A stretch of DNA of 64,000 nt from Haliotis rubra (GCF_003918875.1 NW_025765548.1:62001-126000); one strand, 5' to 3'; positions 1 to 13,289 are shown, counted from the stretch's first letter. Notes: generated by a model not told the origin, from the sequence alone. A program made the numbers and translations.

Positions 1-295
1 CAAAAGGGATGATTTCAACTTTCCAAAAGTCAACTTGCCTTTCATGTTATAATCACAACTGTAGAATGGACTCTTCTTTCAGCAGAGAGTTTTTATGGAT
101 GTAGAAAGGGTTTTGTCGCGTCTATTATACAGAAATGAGTACACCCAGTCAACACTGTCACACTTTCACAATGCATTTGATAATGCTTCTCAAGTGCTGT
201 GACAAAATTCTGGCACACACCTTACAAAGACTCGGGAAGGACAATGAAACACACGACTGGACAAATACTTGGAAATACAATGAATGAATGTTTAC

Positions 296-398
296 CATAG
301 ATCTCCCCCTCACAAATGTTCAGTGCACTAGCACACCCATCATGTCCTCCTGTCCCCTGGCTTTTGATGGTGATATACCTACCGGGGCCGTTACATGT
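296..398 (-). pseudogene. Orphan 3' half of a duplicated FTP C-half exon
   Basis: Translates TCNGPGRYITIKSQGTGGHDGCASALNICEGEIY then a GT donor; 5' half replaced by a (TCAC)n-tailed repeat at about 400-567. Confidence 0.75.
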
Positions 399-399
399 T

Positions 400-567
400 A
401 GTTTTATAACTCTAGCTATGTTAACCTATTTGCTTTACTCTCATTTGTCGACAGGTTTTAAGGAATAAATTTATTATTATTATTGCATATCTTGCTTTAG
501 TCACGGTATGGCTGAAATATTGCCGATGTTACTCTAAATCTCAACTCACTCAATCACTCACTCACTC
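400..567 (+). mobile_element. Family C retroposon 3' fragment with (TCAC)n tail
   Basis: ..ATGGCTGAAATATTGCCGATGT..AACTCACTCA tail shared with 35302-35600 and 47255-47515. Confidence 0.7.
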
Positions 568-1017
568 TATATAAACGTTGACTGATATCGAGTCGAGTGC
601 GCATGAGTTAATCTCGAGGATTTATTATATCCAAACTAAATCATACTGAATAAACCCGAAGATGTGGAGAGTTTTCAATATTTGTTTTGAATCTAGTTTC
701 AGCTGTTTAAAGCGTCCAGTTATTAAACATGTTGTAGTACCAGCTTATTGTATTAATAGAGCGGGTTTCTTCAGCGAGAAAGTCACAATATAAATGATGA
801 AGCATGCATGTATTTTGAATGGAACAAATAGAAACAATCATTTCAAATACCCAGTTATATGAATGAAAATAACCTTTCAACGCTGCCACACACCCAAGAT
901 ATGGGATGTATTCTGGAACGGAACTTACAACGACTTTGCTGTTGAAGGGCAGTAGAGCACTCTTGTATCACCAAGACACGGATTGACGATTACCTGTAAA
1001 TACAATAAATGGCTTAC

Positions 1018-1212
1018 CATAAATCTCCACCTCACAGATGTTCAGTGCATCATCGTGTCCAGGCCCTGCCACCGGGTTCCAGATGGTGACGTATCTGCCG
1101 GTACCGTTACACGTCACGTCAGTTGGGTTGGTGGATGAAGTCGGGAGGGTGGAGCAGATGGCGGAGGCGTCGTTGTTCAGATAGATGTTGGAGTTGACAT
1201 TTCTCCCGTAGT
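1018..1212 (-). CDS. Gene A exon 4 (FTP domain, C-half)
   Basis: GRYVTI...ALNICEVEIY; GTAAGC donor; 195 bp, phase 1-1. Confidence 0.85.
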
Positions 1213-4200
1213 CTTCAGTAAAACAAATACTGTTTCAGATTACGCTACACTATTACACTGTGTTTATATAGTTTCTGTTAACATATTTATCAGATCACAA
1301 AACTATGTTCATGCGATGGACTAATGCATGAGAGGAGAGACTGAGAGGAGACACACCCGATCCAACAATATGTGCTGTCCAGCAGATGCTGTTTAGAATG
1401 ATTACACCAAAACTCGTTTGTTTGCAAATCGTAACGGCACGAAGTTCAAAAATCATCTGAATGTACATGTGCACATGATCACTCTCAATATTTCATTCCT
1501 TCACTGATCAAGACATATGTAATTATAGTCAAGGGTACAAATTCTTAAGTTGTTAATACGTTCTTCTAACAATAAGACCCACTACTGCTGTTATTGAACT
1601 TCCCTTACACCAGACCGCCTCCGTGGTGTAGTGATTTGGGCGTCCGCCCGGAGGGCGGAAGGTCGCGGCTTCGATCCCCGGCCGCGTCTTACTACGAGAC
1701 GTCAAAATATGGTACAATATGCCTGGTGCTCAGCATTAATGGGTACAACAAGAACTGGTCATGTCGGAGTAGGTATAATATGTCTGAGCGGGGTATTCAT
1801 GGTTAACTTTGGCATGGTATATCAGTGAGCCTGCACTATAAACGAGCTTACGTCTGGGCTAGTAGACAAGCAGACACACATACACACGCACCTCACCTCA
1901 CCCATTACAACAGCGGAATGGCCCTGTTTACTTTCAATGTGTAAATAGCTTATAAAACAGAATTGAAATAATAGGCTTGCTAGAAATAAGAACAGGTATC
2001 ACACGTTGAGATATATCAGGTCATGGGGCGTTACTGTAATTGCTATAGTTTGATCATCGGCATATAATGAAAATGTCTCCTCAGATAGAGCAATACCAGT
2101 CTATTGCACCTATCTGTGTTTCCGTCTCTCTTTGTCCGTCACATATTTGTTGTTTAGAACCTTGAGGTGGATTTAATTCTAAGCCGATTCACTGATGTAG
2201 AGTGTTTAAATAGGTTGATAAATATGTTGTCAGCAGAACATGTGTTAAAGAATTACGTAATTGCTTATATGGTGTTGGTTTGTGTTAATTGTTACTTTTT
2301 CATGTTTGAAGTATTATAATGAAAACATAGACTTCAGCAGAGTATCTAAGGTGAGTCTAAGGTGATACATAACAATATAAATAGCATCGTTCTCTCTTGG
2401 ATCACGATGTCTGGATACCTACATCCACGCCTGCTGTAGATCCTGATGTCGTACAGCTGGAAGTCCCGGCCCAGATCCACTGTCCAGTCTGACGGAGATC
2501 CAGCAGCGTGGAAACAGGTTCTACCCTCACCACCAGTGTCACTGTCTCCATCCACAGCATTTGATGGGGCCCAGCCTCCGAACAATCCAGATGTTGTTGA
2601 TGCTGTCTTGTTCAGTGCAATATTTTCTGTGAAGTACAATCATCATGTAACGTTACTGCCCCCTATCTATAGCCTTACGGGTAACAGTCTCCGTACATTT
2701 CAGATGTTGTTGATGCCTCCTTATTCTGTGCAATGTAGGACAATAATCACATCCCCACAAAATTCCATACATATCCCAGTATGTGTTAATGGTGAAAGGT
2801 ATAACATGGGTTTACATGCATGGTGATAGTCTGATTCTAGTTAACAGTATAATGTCAATCACAATCCTGCAACCTATCTGTTGTATTACAAATGTTATAT
2901 ATTGTGTGAGTTAAGGGATCATCATGTAATGATTTGTATCAAAAAGCTGTTTTCACACCGACCAAAGCAGAATATTAAACACATCCAAAATCAGCATTAA
3001 ATATATTAATGGCGCTCACGTTTCTGGCAAAGACCTCCCTCCTTTCTCCATCCCCGATTACAAGAATCAGAACAGGCACCTGTAGTCTCGTCACACGATG
3101 TCCCGCAGTGACAGGAGTAGCTACAGGAGTGTCCAAACCATCCTGGTTCACAGGAACCTGTGGGGAGAAACGGAGAGGTAAGATTCAACACTGAAAGGAG
3201 TAGTTAAAGTCTGCAAACTGACCCAGTGGGATATACGGCAATAGACGTCACATCTGACTGTTTTGATATCTGCATGACCGATTATTCCAAATAAGAAATA
3301 GTTACGCTGAAACTCTTAATCTAATTATCACAGGGAGGTAGTACTGTTCCTGATTGTTCCAGCATTCCGTGTCACCTACATATATAGATTGTCGTCCCAG
3401 TTGTGCACACCTGTAAGACACATATCCACTATGCTATCATGCCTCAATGTCAGACACAGATATCGTTTCTTCCGGTTCCACTGATCCCATCTGATCCCAC
3501 TGATCCTCCACTGATCAAATGATGATCGAGACAGATCCATATCGAAGATAAGGCTGGGTTGGAATCCTTAAGTCGCTCTCCTTACCTATCCTACACTCGG
3601 ACACAACGATACCTTAAGTCGAGGCAAGTATTACGTTTCATTATGTAGTTGAGTATTTTAGGCTTTTAAGGTTGCATGTTTTGTATATCATCCTAAGCAT
3701 TTTATCATCTAACTATCAGATATAGCGAGTCCATGCCAATACCCTCAAAGTTGAACAACAAGGAAGGGAAATAACGTCAAAGTAAACATTACGACCACAT
3801 AACATGTACTAACCCCGCACCATGAATGTGCCTCCTTAATGTGTTCAACTTTTGATAATATATCGAGGAGCTTCAGTGGGATCTGGATGGGAAAGGAGAG
3901 CCAAACTCGCAGCATCCTTTGTATAAGTGAACTTTATCAGTGACTCAAACGATGCAAACTGTTTGTACACGTGACATGGTTTCACAACTTTTGGTTCATC
4001 AAAATGGTAGTTAGAGTAATGTTTTCCTCAAAAACAATTATTCATATCGGGGCGATGGGGTAGCATAGTGGTTAAAACGTTTGCTCGTCACGCTGAAGGC
4101 CCGGGTTCGATTCCCCATATGGGTACAATGTGTGAAGCCCATGTCTTGTGTCCCCCGCCGTGATATTGCTGGAATATTGCTAAAAGCAGCGTAAAACCAT

Positions 4201-7200
4201 TCTCACTCACTCAATTATACATATTATGCTTAGTTCTAGATATTACGGTAATGCTCTATTGCAATTTGTCTGACATAACGGAAATATTGCACTAAATAGT
4301 CAGTGTTATTATCTATCCTCCATGCACAGCACTCCCTCGAGCGGGGCAGTAAGGTTTGCAAATGGACACCAATTGGATAACATGTGTGGACAGCAGCACT
4401 GCGGGTGAATGGGCAGTAGGGCTTTGATGACGGGATAGGAAACATGTTTCATACATGTTCAGATGTATTGGTGAGTGGCATCTGTGTTATAGATGATGAA
4501 ATTGTGCGATTTGAATGAACGGCCCCGGTGCAGGGATGATGTTACGTTGGGTATGGAAATGATATGAGCCTGGGTTAGGGATGACGCCCCGAAACAGACG
4601 AGAACAGGGTACGATTGACAGAGGAGCACTGAGTAGGAAGCACATGATAACATAATAAGAATGATAGGGACTTGGAAATGGTAGGACCTGGATATTAAGA
4701 ACAACAAAACTCCGGACTGTGGCTGTTAGGGGATCCTGGGGTAGAGGTGACATGATCGTAGGGTACAGATAACAGAACGCCAGGATTCGATAGGATTTGG
4801 TTTGTCCTTACAATACATCATACAAATATCGATTTAGACAAACTGAAATCGATTAGGGTTAATGTGGTTTATGCGATTATCGACGGCCGAACAACAGTTG
4901 TGGGATATTTGATAGCGGATGATCAAATCATGTTGAACAATGTTCAGATGCAGGTGATTGGACTCTGTGCTGTGGATGACATGGCCTCAGTATTGATGGT
5001 TTCACCCCTGGGTTTGGAGTAATGTGTTCCGGTCACTTAACCTCGGGTTTTGTATGACCCAGGATGTGTGTGTATATATATACTCAGCAGCAAAAAAACG
5101 TCAGTACGAATTCAAAATTAGATAGGCATTGTAATCAAATCATTACAGAAATGGACATAATAAGCGGATCAAACACAGCTTTTGTGTACACTATCCTGAC
5201 ACATCAATGAATAATTCAGTTCCAAGACATTACGTGAACGTTTGCAGTCCACTCAGACTCTTGACTTCAGTATCTAGTGTGACCACCACGAGCGGCGATA
5301 ACTACAGCACAGCGTCTATGCATGGAGTGCACCAATCGATTGATGAAGGCCATTGGCACCTGGAACCATACTCTGAGATAGGCAATAAATCGGCTGTGTT
5401 CGGCCTTGGTATGACATTATTCCGGTGACGTGCGAAATGTGGTATGACGTGGGGTCGATGTAGCGCACCACTGTGATGCAGCCTCCTCTCCCTGGACCAA
5501 GGTTCTGGAACACCACAGGACCCACTCTCTGGTTCAGGCCTTTTCCACCCCATACCATGATGCTTGCACCTCCCCATGAGTCTCTTTCCATAACACATTG
5601 ATCTGAGTAGCGCTGGCCACGTCGTCACCATATTCTTCTTCTGCCATCTGCAGTTGATAGGCAGTACCGACTCTTATCTGTGAACAGAACAGTTCTCCAT
5701 TGCCTGTATCGCCAGTTTTGGTGTTGTAGGGCAAACTGTAGACGTTCACGCATATGACGAGGGGTAAGGATAGGTCCACGGTAGGGTCTACGCCAATGGA
5801 GGTTCCCGCTGTTAAGAAGTTGGTATACTGTATCAGTACTGATTGGTCTTCCGTGTGTTCCCACTGTCTGGCGTGCTGTTTCGGATCCTGCATGAAGGGA
5901 TTCTGTACATGCTGTCACACAACATGGCGGTCTTGTCGCCTTGTGGTCACCCTTGGTCTGCCAGTACGGGGACGATCATTTGTGGTGTTGGTGGCCCGGA
6001 AACGTTGCTGCAGCCTGTAGATGGTCCGAACGTTGACCATGAAGTGATTGGCAACGGCTTGTGCACTGTGGAATAGCCGGGTCTGAAGCCAGCTTTAGCT
6101 TCTGTTAATATATCATTCAGATCAGTCCATGCACGAAGACGTTTATCTAGGACGGATGTGAATATTTTTCCTGATACATTTATAAGCGATATACCCCTAT
6201 AATTGTTGGGATCAGCTGTAGGTCCTGATTTAAATAATGGTATAATTATTGCAGTATTCCAAGATTCAGGAAATATGCCAGTACTCAATATTGAGTTAAA
6301 CAATGGATTTAGAAAACACAACAATGATGAGTATCCTAACTTGAAGAATTCAGGAGGAATTCCGTCATCTCCGGGAGATTTTCCAATTTTCAACTTCTTG
6401 ATAGCCTCAGTAATTTCTAGATCAGAGATAGGATCAGACAGTAACTGATCTATGCCACTTGAGGATACACAATCATCACAAGAATGTTCAGCTATGAAAT
6501 TATTAACGTGGGAATCAAATGCTTCATCTTCTTTAGGCTTATTAGGATTTAAAAGAGATTTAAAACAGTCAATAAAAACATCAGCTGATATTGGAAAATG
6601 TTCGTTTTTTTTCTTCGAAAGAGCGTTTTAAAATGTTCCAAAATTTCTTGCAATCACCAGATCAAGCAGCCTGGCACAAGTCATCTGCCAACTGTTTTCC
6701 TAGATTTTCCTTTTTCTTAGCACATATTGATTTAAATTTATTTCTAGCTTCCACATATTTTTGCAGATTTTTCTTACAAGTATATCTGCGAAATAAGTTC
6801 AACTTTCTGTATTTATCCTGTTTAAGTTCATCACATTCCCTGTCAAACCAAGCAGGTTGTCTATTATTATTATTTCTTCTTGTAGACACACAGAAACCTC
6901 CCGCTGTACAGGCAGATGAGATAAGAATATCATTAAGTTTATTAACAGCTGCATTGATATCTGACTGTAAAACTGTAAAGAAAATCTTCCAGGATTTTGG
7001 GAGATCTCAAAAGCTCTTTGTAGCTTGATGATGCTGGCTCCGGTAACCGGTATTTCATGACTAGTGTAAGTTTAGTCTCGTTCTCAGACATTGGAGTATT
7101 ACTGAATATTGACGCTACTGTACATGCAACTGGCATATGGTCTGATTCTGTGCGGTCACATATTTCTAAATCCAGAACTTTATGAAAGAGTTGACTTGAA

Positions 7201-10179
7201 ACAAGGAAGTAATCTACAGTACTTGTTCCCGTGTGGGATATAAAAGTGAGTTTACCAGATGAATCAGATTCTGTACGACCATTAACTATATACACATTAA
7301 AGAGCTTACAAAGATCTAGAAGCTGGCTTCCATAGGAATTTACAAGTGTATCACATGAACCTCTGGGCCAACTGAAGGAATCCGACTTATAATCATCAGG
7401 AAGGGGTAGATAATCTGCATTATCATCAATAATGAAATCGACTTGGTTACTGGTTCTTGCATTGAAATCACCACTGAGTATAAACAAAGAAGCGTCACTA
7501 AAATCGTGGTAAATATGTAATAACCTTTTTTTCTAATAAGTCTATTCCATTTACTTCTGCGTCATCGTAGAATGAGGATGTTTCCGGTTGAATATATAAG
7601 AATCCAAGGAAGATATCTTCAGTGGCACATTCATCAACGATCTTAAGAAACACACAGTTTTGCCAGTGATCATATATTCTTCTACACTAAGTCGCTAAAT
7701 GTCGCTTAACACAAACAACCAGTCCACCGGAGTGTCTACCATATTTTGACAATTTTATGGGATCACTGATGAAGCACACATATTCACCAAACGTTAGATT
7801 AATGTTAACTGATTCAATCTGCCATGTCTCTATGAGACAAAATATTTCATATTGTTTGCAAAAGTTTATAAAATCAGGGAAAGTTAGTTTTGAGAGTAGA
7901 CCATGCGCATTCCAAGTACAAATATTTGTTAGGGAATGCTGAAAATTAGAAAGGTCCTTTTGCTCAGTATAGTTGGGGCCTCGACCAAAATCCTATCCAG
8001 TTGATTCAGTTGTATTGCTGGAAGGTTCAGAGCTTCTATTATCCCAATGCCTTTGATGTCCAGTCTTTTTGATGTTGTCATTTACTTCATCATAAACGTA
8101 GGTTGCACCATCGATAATCAGTTTGTCATACTTCATAAATGAAACACAGCCCTCATCTCTTGACTTCTTCATGAATGGGAATAGTTTATGACGGATATTC
8201 CTCACTCTCTCGGTAAAGTCTTCAGCCACACGATATATCTTATTACCTTTCAGTAACTTCTTTGCAGCCATAAAAACTTTATCTTGTGCTTGAAATTAGT
8301 AAATTTGATTATCACTGGCCGATTTCCTGCTTTTGAGTGTAGTCTATGTGCTCTTTCGATTCCAACATCATCTGCCGATTCATATGAAAATTCCTCAGAT
8401 AAAAAATGTCGTACCTTTGTTTCGGTTTCTTCCCATGTTTCACCTCTTTTATCATTTAAACCGTGTATAATCAAGTTGTTCCGCCTTGATTGAGCTTCCA
8501 AAGAGTCCACTTTCCGATCGCAATTGGTTTGCTTGGAGCTGGCCAGTCTCAACGTGCAGTTGCCCGACGCATGGATGTTCACCAAACCATGGCTCTGGGA
8601 GAGATATCGCCGGCAGAATGCGTTAGCAGATGCCCCTCGTAGTTGGTGACCTCGAGCGACCACTGCGGCGCGGGATCCCTACATCCGGGTACATCACCTG
8701 CGTCATCGAACAGCTACGGCGACCAGTACCGCTCGACAAATACCCGGATTGAGGAGGCTTTCTGCACAGACCATCAGGAACAGGTTGAGAGAAGCTGGTT
8801 TACGTGCCAGAAGACCTTATTTTGTCCATGTGCTTCGACAACAACATCGTGGACATCGAGTTCAATGGCGCACAACGTTCAGGGCCCCGTTCCTCAAAGC
8901 GATCGTAGCGCTACGACAGTCGTAACTCCCATACTTTAACATAGACTTACTACTGTCGAAGCGCTACGATCGCTTTGAGGAACGGGGCCCAGGCCTGGAA
9001 CCTACCGAATTGGTGTAGAATCTGGTTCAGTGATGAATCACGATTTCTATTGGAGCGACGCGATGGAAGAATGCGGGTGTACAGACGTTGACGTGAACGT
9101 TTCACCGACGCTTGCGTTCCCAAGTGGGCAGATTCGGCCGGGGCGGTGTTATGCTGTGGGGAGTGATCACCTGCCGTAGGAGAAGTGATTTTGGTGATGG
9201 TACTGTGACGAAATCCTACGCCCACACCTCCTTCCAATCATTGATCGCCAGAGGGAGTTGTTTCAACAGGACAATGCCAGGCCCCACACAGCACTTCACA
9301 CTAGAGACTACCTCCAGAACCACAACATCAATGTACTCCCCTGGCCCTCAAGATCACCGGACTTAAACCCGATCGAACATCTGTGGGATGCCCTGGACAG
9401 ACGGGTGCGACGCCGTAACCCTCAGCACAAGACACTTCAGCAACTCGCACAGGCACTACAGGCAGAGTGGGCTGCGATTGGGCAACACGAGATTCATAGA
9501 CGTATTCGTTCGATACCGAGGCGATGCCGTGCAGTCTGGATGCCCACGGTGGTCACAAGAGGTATTGACTTCAGCGCCACCACACGTCTCCATGGGACAC
9601 TCAAACTGACTTTCCTCGAGTTGGTGCCAAAAACGGATAAGTCTGCATTCCCAGTGTGCAATTTCGCTATATTTCATTGACTCATAAAGCCTACAAGATG
9701 TTTCAAAATAAACATAAAAATGCCGTTGAAATTCATATATGCGTTTCTTTTTTGGGAGAGTATATATGACGAACCAACAGCCCTTTACTTCCTTGTATAA
9801 TATATAGAGGTTTGTAAGTTGGTAGAATGCAAGGATGAATCTTTATTGCCGTGAGGTCAATTGTTTTTAAAGTATAGTATCCTCGTGAAGACGATTCATA
9901 CAGTCTCATCGGATAGTACATGTAGACCCTTCACTTTATTGGTATTATCCCGTGAGCTGATATTCACAATCAAATAGTGGACGCCTGCATATAACACTCT
10001 CTAAAGAAATTTTGTTCAACGTTAATATGACATTCTCGTTTCGAAGAAAACAATAGCTTACTTGCAGTGATGTACACATTCTCGAGGAAGGCATGAAAAC
10101 TTCGGCTGATGTACTCACCCGATGTTAGCTGTATCCATCGAAGTAAGACAACCGCTACGAATATCCTGACACCCGCCAT
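1018..10179 (-). CDS. Gene A, 5' part (continues off the left edge): EGF + F-type lectin (FTP) receptor, paralog of gene B, probably an EGF/lectin receptor-type PTP
   Basis: Four phase-1 GT-AG exons in frame without stops. 10119-10179: MAGVRIFVAVVLLRWIQLTS, signal peptide. 3020-3157: EGF, SCEPGWFGHSCSYSCHCGTSCDETTGACSDSCNRGW. 2423-2626: NIALNKTAST...NAVDG...CFH...WTVDLG...IRIYSR. 1018-1212: ...VTCNGTGRYVTIW...ALNICEVEIY. The first three exon sizes (61/138/204) equal those of gene B. Confidence 0.85.
1614..1890 (+). mobile_element. tRNA-derived SINE
   Basis: Box A-like GGTGTAGTG and box B-like TTCGATCCC head, followed by a non-tRNA body and a CA-rich tail. Confidence 0.6.
2423..2626 (-). CDS. 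Gene A exon 3 (FTP/fucolectin domain, N-half)
   Basis: NIALNK...AVDG...CFH...WTVDLG...IYSR motifs; CAG acceptor, GTAGGT donor. Confidence 0.9.
3020..3157 (-). CDS. Gene A exon 2 (EGF-like repeat)
   Basis: CAG acceptor, GTGAG donor, Cys-rich MEGF-type repeat. Confidence 0.9.
3485..3892. mobile_element. Putative MITE
   Basis: Imperfect terminal inverted repeat TCCCATCTGATCCCACTGATCCTC / GAGGAGCTTCAGTGGGATCTGGATGGGA. Confidence 0.45.
4049..4213 (+). mobile_element. tRNA-derived SINE family A (about 160 bp, TCAC tail)
   Basis: GGGGTAGCATAGTGGTTAA..GGTTCGATTCCCC head; multiple copies in window; imperfect TSD CAATTAT. Confidence 0.85.
5083..6067 (-). mobile_element. Tc1-like DNA transposon relic, 5'-truncated
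   Basis: Frameshifted transposase fragments DRPRTGRPRVTTRRQDR, WRTVLFTDKSRY, GGASIMVWGG; TA-flanked terminus at 5083. Confidence 0.85.
6068..8520 (-). mobile_element. Non-LTR retrotransposon fragment (ORF1 C-terminus, APE, RT N-terminus), truncated at both ends
   Basis: LEAQSRRNNLIIHGL..IERAHR (ORF1); GDFNAR, TVDYF, SDHMP (APE); KSPGDDGIP, NYRGISL, AGFRPGYST (RT). Confidence 0.9.
8521..9760 (+). mobile_element. Tc1-like DNA transposon relic, 5'-truncated
   Basis: WFSDESRF, GGVMLWG, FQQDNARPH, WPSRSPDLNPIEHLW (DD34E); TA-flanked end at 9760. Confidence 0.9.
8883..8989. mobile_element. Palindromic MITE with CAG TSD (PIF/Harbinger-like)
   Basis: 30-bp perfect TIR GGCCCCGTTCCTCAAAGCGATCGTAGCGCT flanked by CAG..CAG, inserted in the Tc1. 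Confidence 0.8.
10119..10179 (-). CDS. Gene A exon 1 (signal peptide)
   Basis: ATG at 10179, hydrophobic MAGVRIFVAVVLLRWIQLTS, GTGAGT donor; near-identical to 44106-44166. Confidence 0.85.
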
Positions 10180-10191
10180 GTTAAGCAACGC

Positions 10192-10201
10192 GGAAGTGAA
10201 A
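10192..10201. promoter_or_regulatory. ETS-IRF composite-like motif GGAAGTGAAA just upstream of the gene A ATG
   Basis: Matches GGAAnnGAAA; conserved at 44179-44188 in gene B. Confidence 0.35.
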
Positions 10202-10946
10202 TACCCCGTCAAACTGTATTAAAGGTTACGCCCACTGAATGTATATGTAACTCTACGCGTATTCGTCTTTTGTTACAACTGGAGACTATGCATGCATGTG
10301 ACTCACTGATCCGTTGTAAGGTGTGTTGATATTGTTTGCAGTGTGCAGTTTGCAGTGTGGGGCACTCCGTCAGTCCATACACATGGTTTATTTTCGATAG
10401 TGACTAGGCCTTTTACTCCTACAAGTAATTTTCATACAACAGTGACGCTCAGACTGCAGTTACCTTGATATTACACAGAAACCTGGGCCATTTGTATGTG
10501 GGCCTTGAATAGAACGTGAAGATATCACGCAAGTGGCATGACTTACAGTGGAGTGTTGGACAGGGCAACCTATATATACTTATTTATTGACATATTAAAA
10601 TAGAAAGTTCGATTCCACCACACGAAAAACGAAAACACAACAAAATTAGACATGGTACTCCTAGTGACCCTGAGGGCATACATGATAAGTTATCAAATAA
10701 AAGAAACCTAAATACGTGAGCTAGTTCAAGCACACACCAATTGATGATAATTTGTTATTAATAATGGGATTGTTTATTTCACACCACTTCACTTCTTATT
10801 GGTATGTATTCATTGGGAAGTTATGAATTGCCATTCTCCTTTGGTCAGTACAAAACTTACCACAAGGTGTCCCAAAATGAGCATGTACCAAGTATCAGTC
10901 TGCAAAAATGAATACATCTGTGACTATTATTAGCAGAACAAATATA

Positions 10947-11678
10947 CTCAGTCAAAAAGGAAACTTCACAAAATGTAATTTGAAAAATAATGAATATTTT
11001 TTCTCTGATGATACATCTATGTATCCGAAATGGGATCCCTATCTTTCGACTCTAGAAAAACGTTAGCAAAACCCACTCAAACCCATCCATTCGTGGGGTG
11101 CTTTCTGTGGGGAACAACCATTCCCGACTTCTGGTCATCCGTGGAAACCTCACAGCTGCTGCTTACCGCGACCAGGTGCTCACCCCTGAACTCGTTCCTC
11201 TCATGGCGGCTCCTGGCCCAGGTCTACAGTTCCAGCATGATAACCGCGATGTTGACAGGAATATTTCCTTCAAAACGCTGGAATCACTTGGGAGAAGGCT
11301 TCGTGGGTCTTAGGAACCAACCTCAGAATTTGCAGGAACTTGGCGCTGCCTTGCAAGAGCAATGACGCAGAATCCCCAACCACGTGTTCACAGGCATCAG
11401 GCAGTCGATGAGGAGACGGTGTTTGGCAGTGGTGAATGCGCGGGGCGGCCATACACGATATTGAACTGAGAAATTTCGCATTCTTGTGACTTGACATTCT
11501 GTATACCCATGTTTTGGAACGGCGGTGTAGCCTAATGGAACTGATTATGGCACTGTCAGTGTATCGAGTACGTCACGCAGATCTCAGCAATGAAATAATA
11601 ACAATTTAACCATCTTACCATCTCTTGTTCATTTATGGTGCCCTGAAGAAAGAATGTGAAGTTTCTTTTTTGACTCAG
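10947..11678 (+). mobile_element. Internally deleted Tc1-like element
   Basis: TIRs CTCAGTCAAAAAGGAAACTTCACA / TGTGAAGTTTCTTTTTTGACTCAG with TA TSDs; residual GNLTAAAYRDQVL..FQHDN and SMRRRCLAVVNARGGHTRY. Confidence 0.85.
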
Positions 11679-13289
11679 TATATTATAAACGAATGGTCAT
11701 GTAAATGAAGATCCTTGAAATTTAGTTCTGCTACAATACACACATGCATGATATAAGGTGATATCCTTACTTGTCCAAGCATGACGTCGTGGTTAGACAT
11801 TTTGTCTGATGTTTTGTAACATGTCAGGAGGTTCCTAGTTGACTCAAGTAAAACATTTTCACTTTCCTACACCGTTCCTATTGTTGAAATATAGCGAATC
11901 TTCCATACGAAACCGTGTGTACAAAGAGTGGCGATTCGAGCTGTAGTAAGCATTATGCCGCTATTTCATGGCAATGTGTAAATAATTCAGTCTGAGTCAG
12001 ACAAAAACATATTATAAGCACCAAAGTTTTGGCTTTAAAGACACAAAATCAACAAAGCTAGACACCACTCAATCAATATTTTGTTTCCTTTCACATCAAG
12101 CAAGACTACCAAAGTGATTCTCCCAAGATCCCTTGATGCATGCCTAAAACAACATGGTAATAAAATTAACATTGTTAAAGAAGTCTTCGTGAATGTTTTC
12201 ACGAACGGCAGGCTTCCAAAGGTAACCATATCAACGGTGGTTAAAAGCCAGCACGTAACTAGTCCGAGCGTCTGACATAAATCCTCCACTAAGGGATATG
12301 GTGACAAAGTGTTCACAACGAAAACAATTTTACCCGAAAGTTCAAGGAATGCATTGTTTGCTTTCAGGTAAAAGTAGTATCAGGCATATCGCATTTACGA
12401 TATATTTAGTCCAGGCACCATACAAGGAATGTTTTCATTTTCTATATAAAATCTTTAAATAGTGCGTGGAAGGTCGTTACATTCTTCAATCATTTACTAA
12501 AGTATCTGAAGAAATGATCTAAAAACATCCAACTAAAACACTTATATATCAACATTTATAAACCTAATTTTGATAACTGCCGTCAAAACTCATTATTTTT
12601 TCTATGCTCACCACCACCAGGAACAAGGTTTTACTCCGAAAGTAAAACCTAGGAATATGTTTAACTGGAGTCTAGTAATACCTCTTCCCAGGTTTTACTG
12701 GGAATGAACCCTCGTCCCCAAATTACCCAGGGCCCACCTGCACTAGCACTGCAATCGATTGTAGTCAATGTTAAGGAATGAGCTACAATTGATCGTACGA
12801 TCGCGTTGTGCAATGTGGCACAGTATGACAGACTGTACGCCAGCTAAAGGAAAACAAAACATGCGAGAGATTTCTTCAATGAAAATTAAAGGTCACTGTG
12901 ACATTTCTGCGAGTAACACTTTCTGCTGTGTTTGTCTCTGATTCAGGAGGGGGAACTGACACTGTCGCAGAGATATTTTTCTTTGGGGTTCTCTATTTTT
13001 GGAGTTTTGGAGGCCAAAATATCTGAAGCCATCGCCTTCTGTTAGTCACTTAGCCTTGTCCTTTTGTACTGCCTTACTGCATCACTTCTGTGTCCTGGAA
13101 TGAAACATTTCAGTTTAATACATAATTCCGAATAAATTTGACAAAATGCACCAAATTGTCTTATCTTTTATTGACAATGGAATGCATTTTTTTTCGGTAA
13201 GTAAACATTTCAACCATAATTTGAATAATTCATACTTTTCACAACGGAGATTCTGCTTGATTTGACATCCATTTTTTTCAGACATGCAC

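Noticed and set aside
968-1017. Alternative terminal exon giving a secreted lectin isoform of gene A
   Set aside because: Would need a 24-bp intron, which is too short
4340-5065. Purine-skewed segment, possibly an LTR or other repeat
   Set aside because: No TG..CA ends, TSD or second copy visible; cannot classify
12035-12316. 93-aa hydrophobic ORF
   Set aside because: Non-ATG start, no recognisable motif or splice structure
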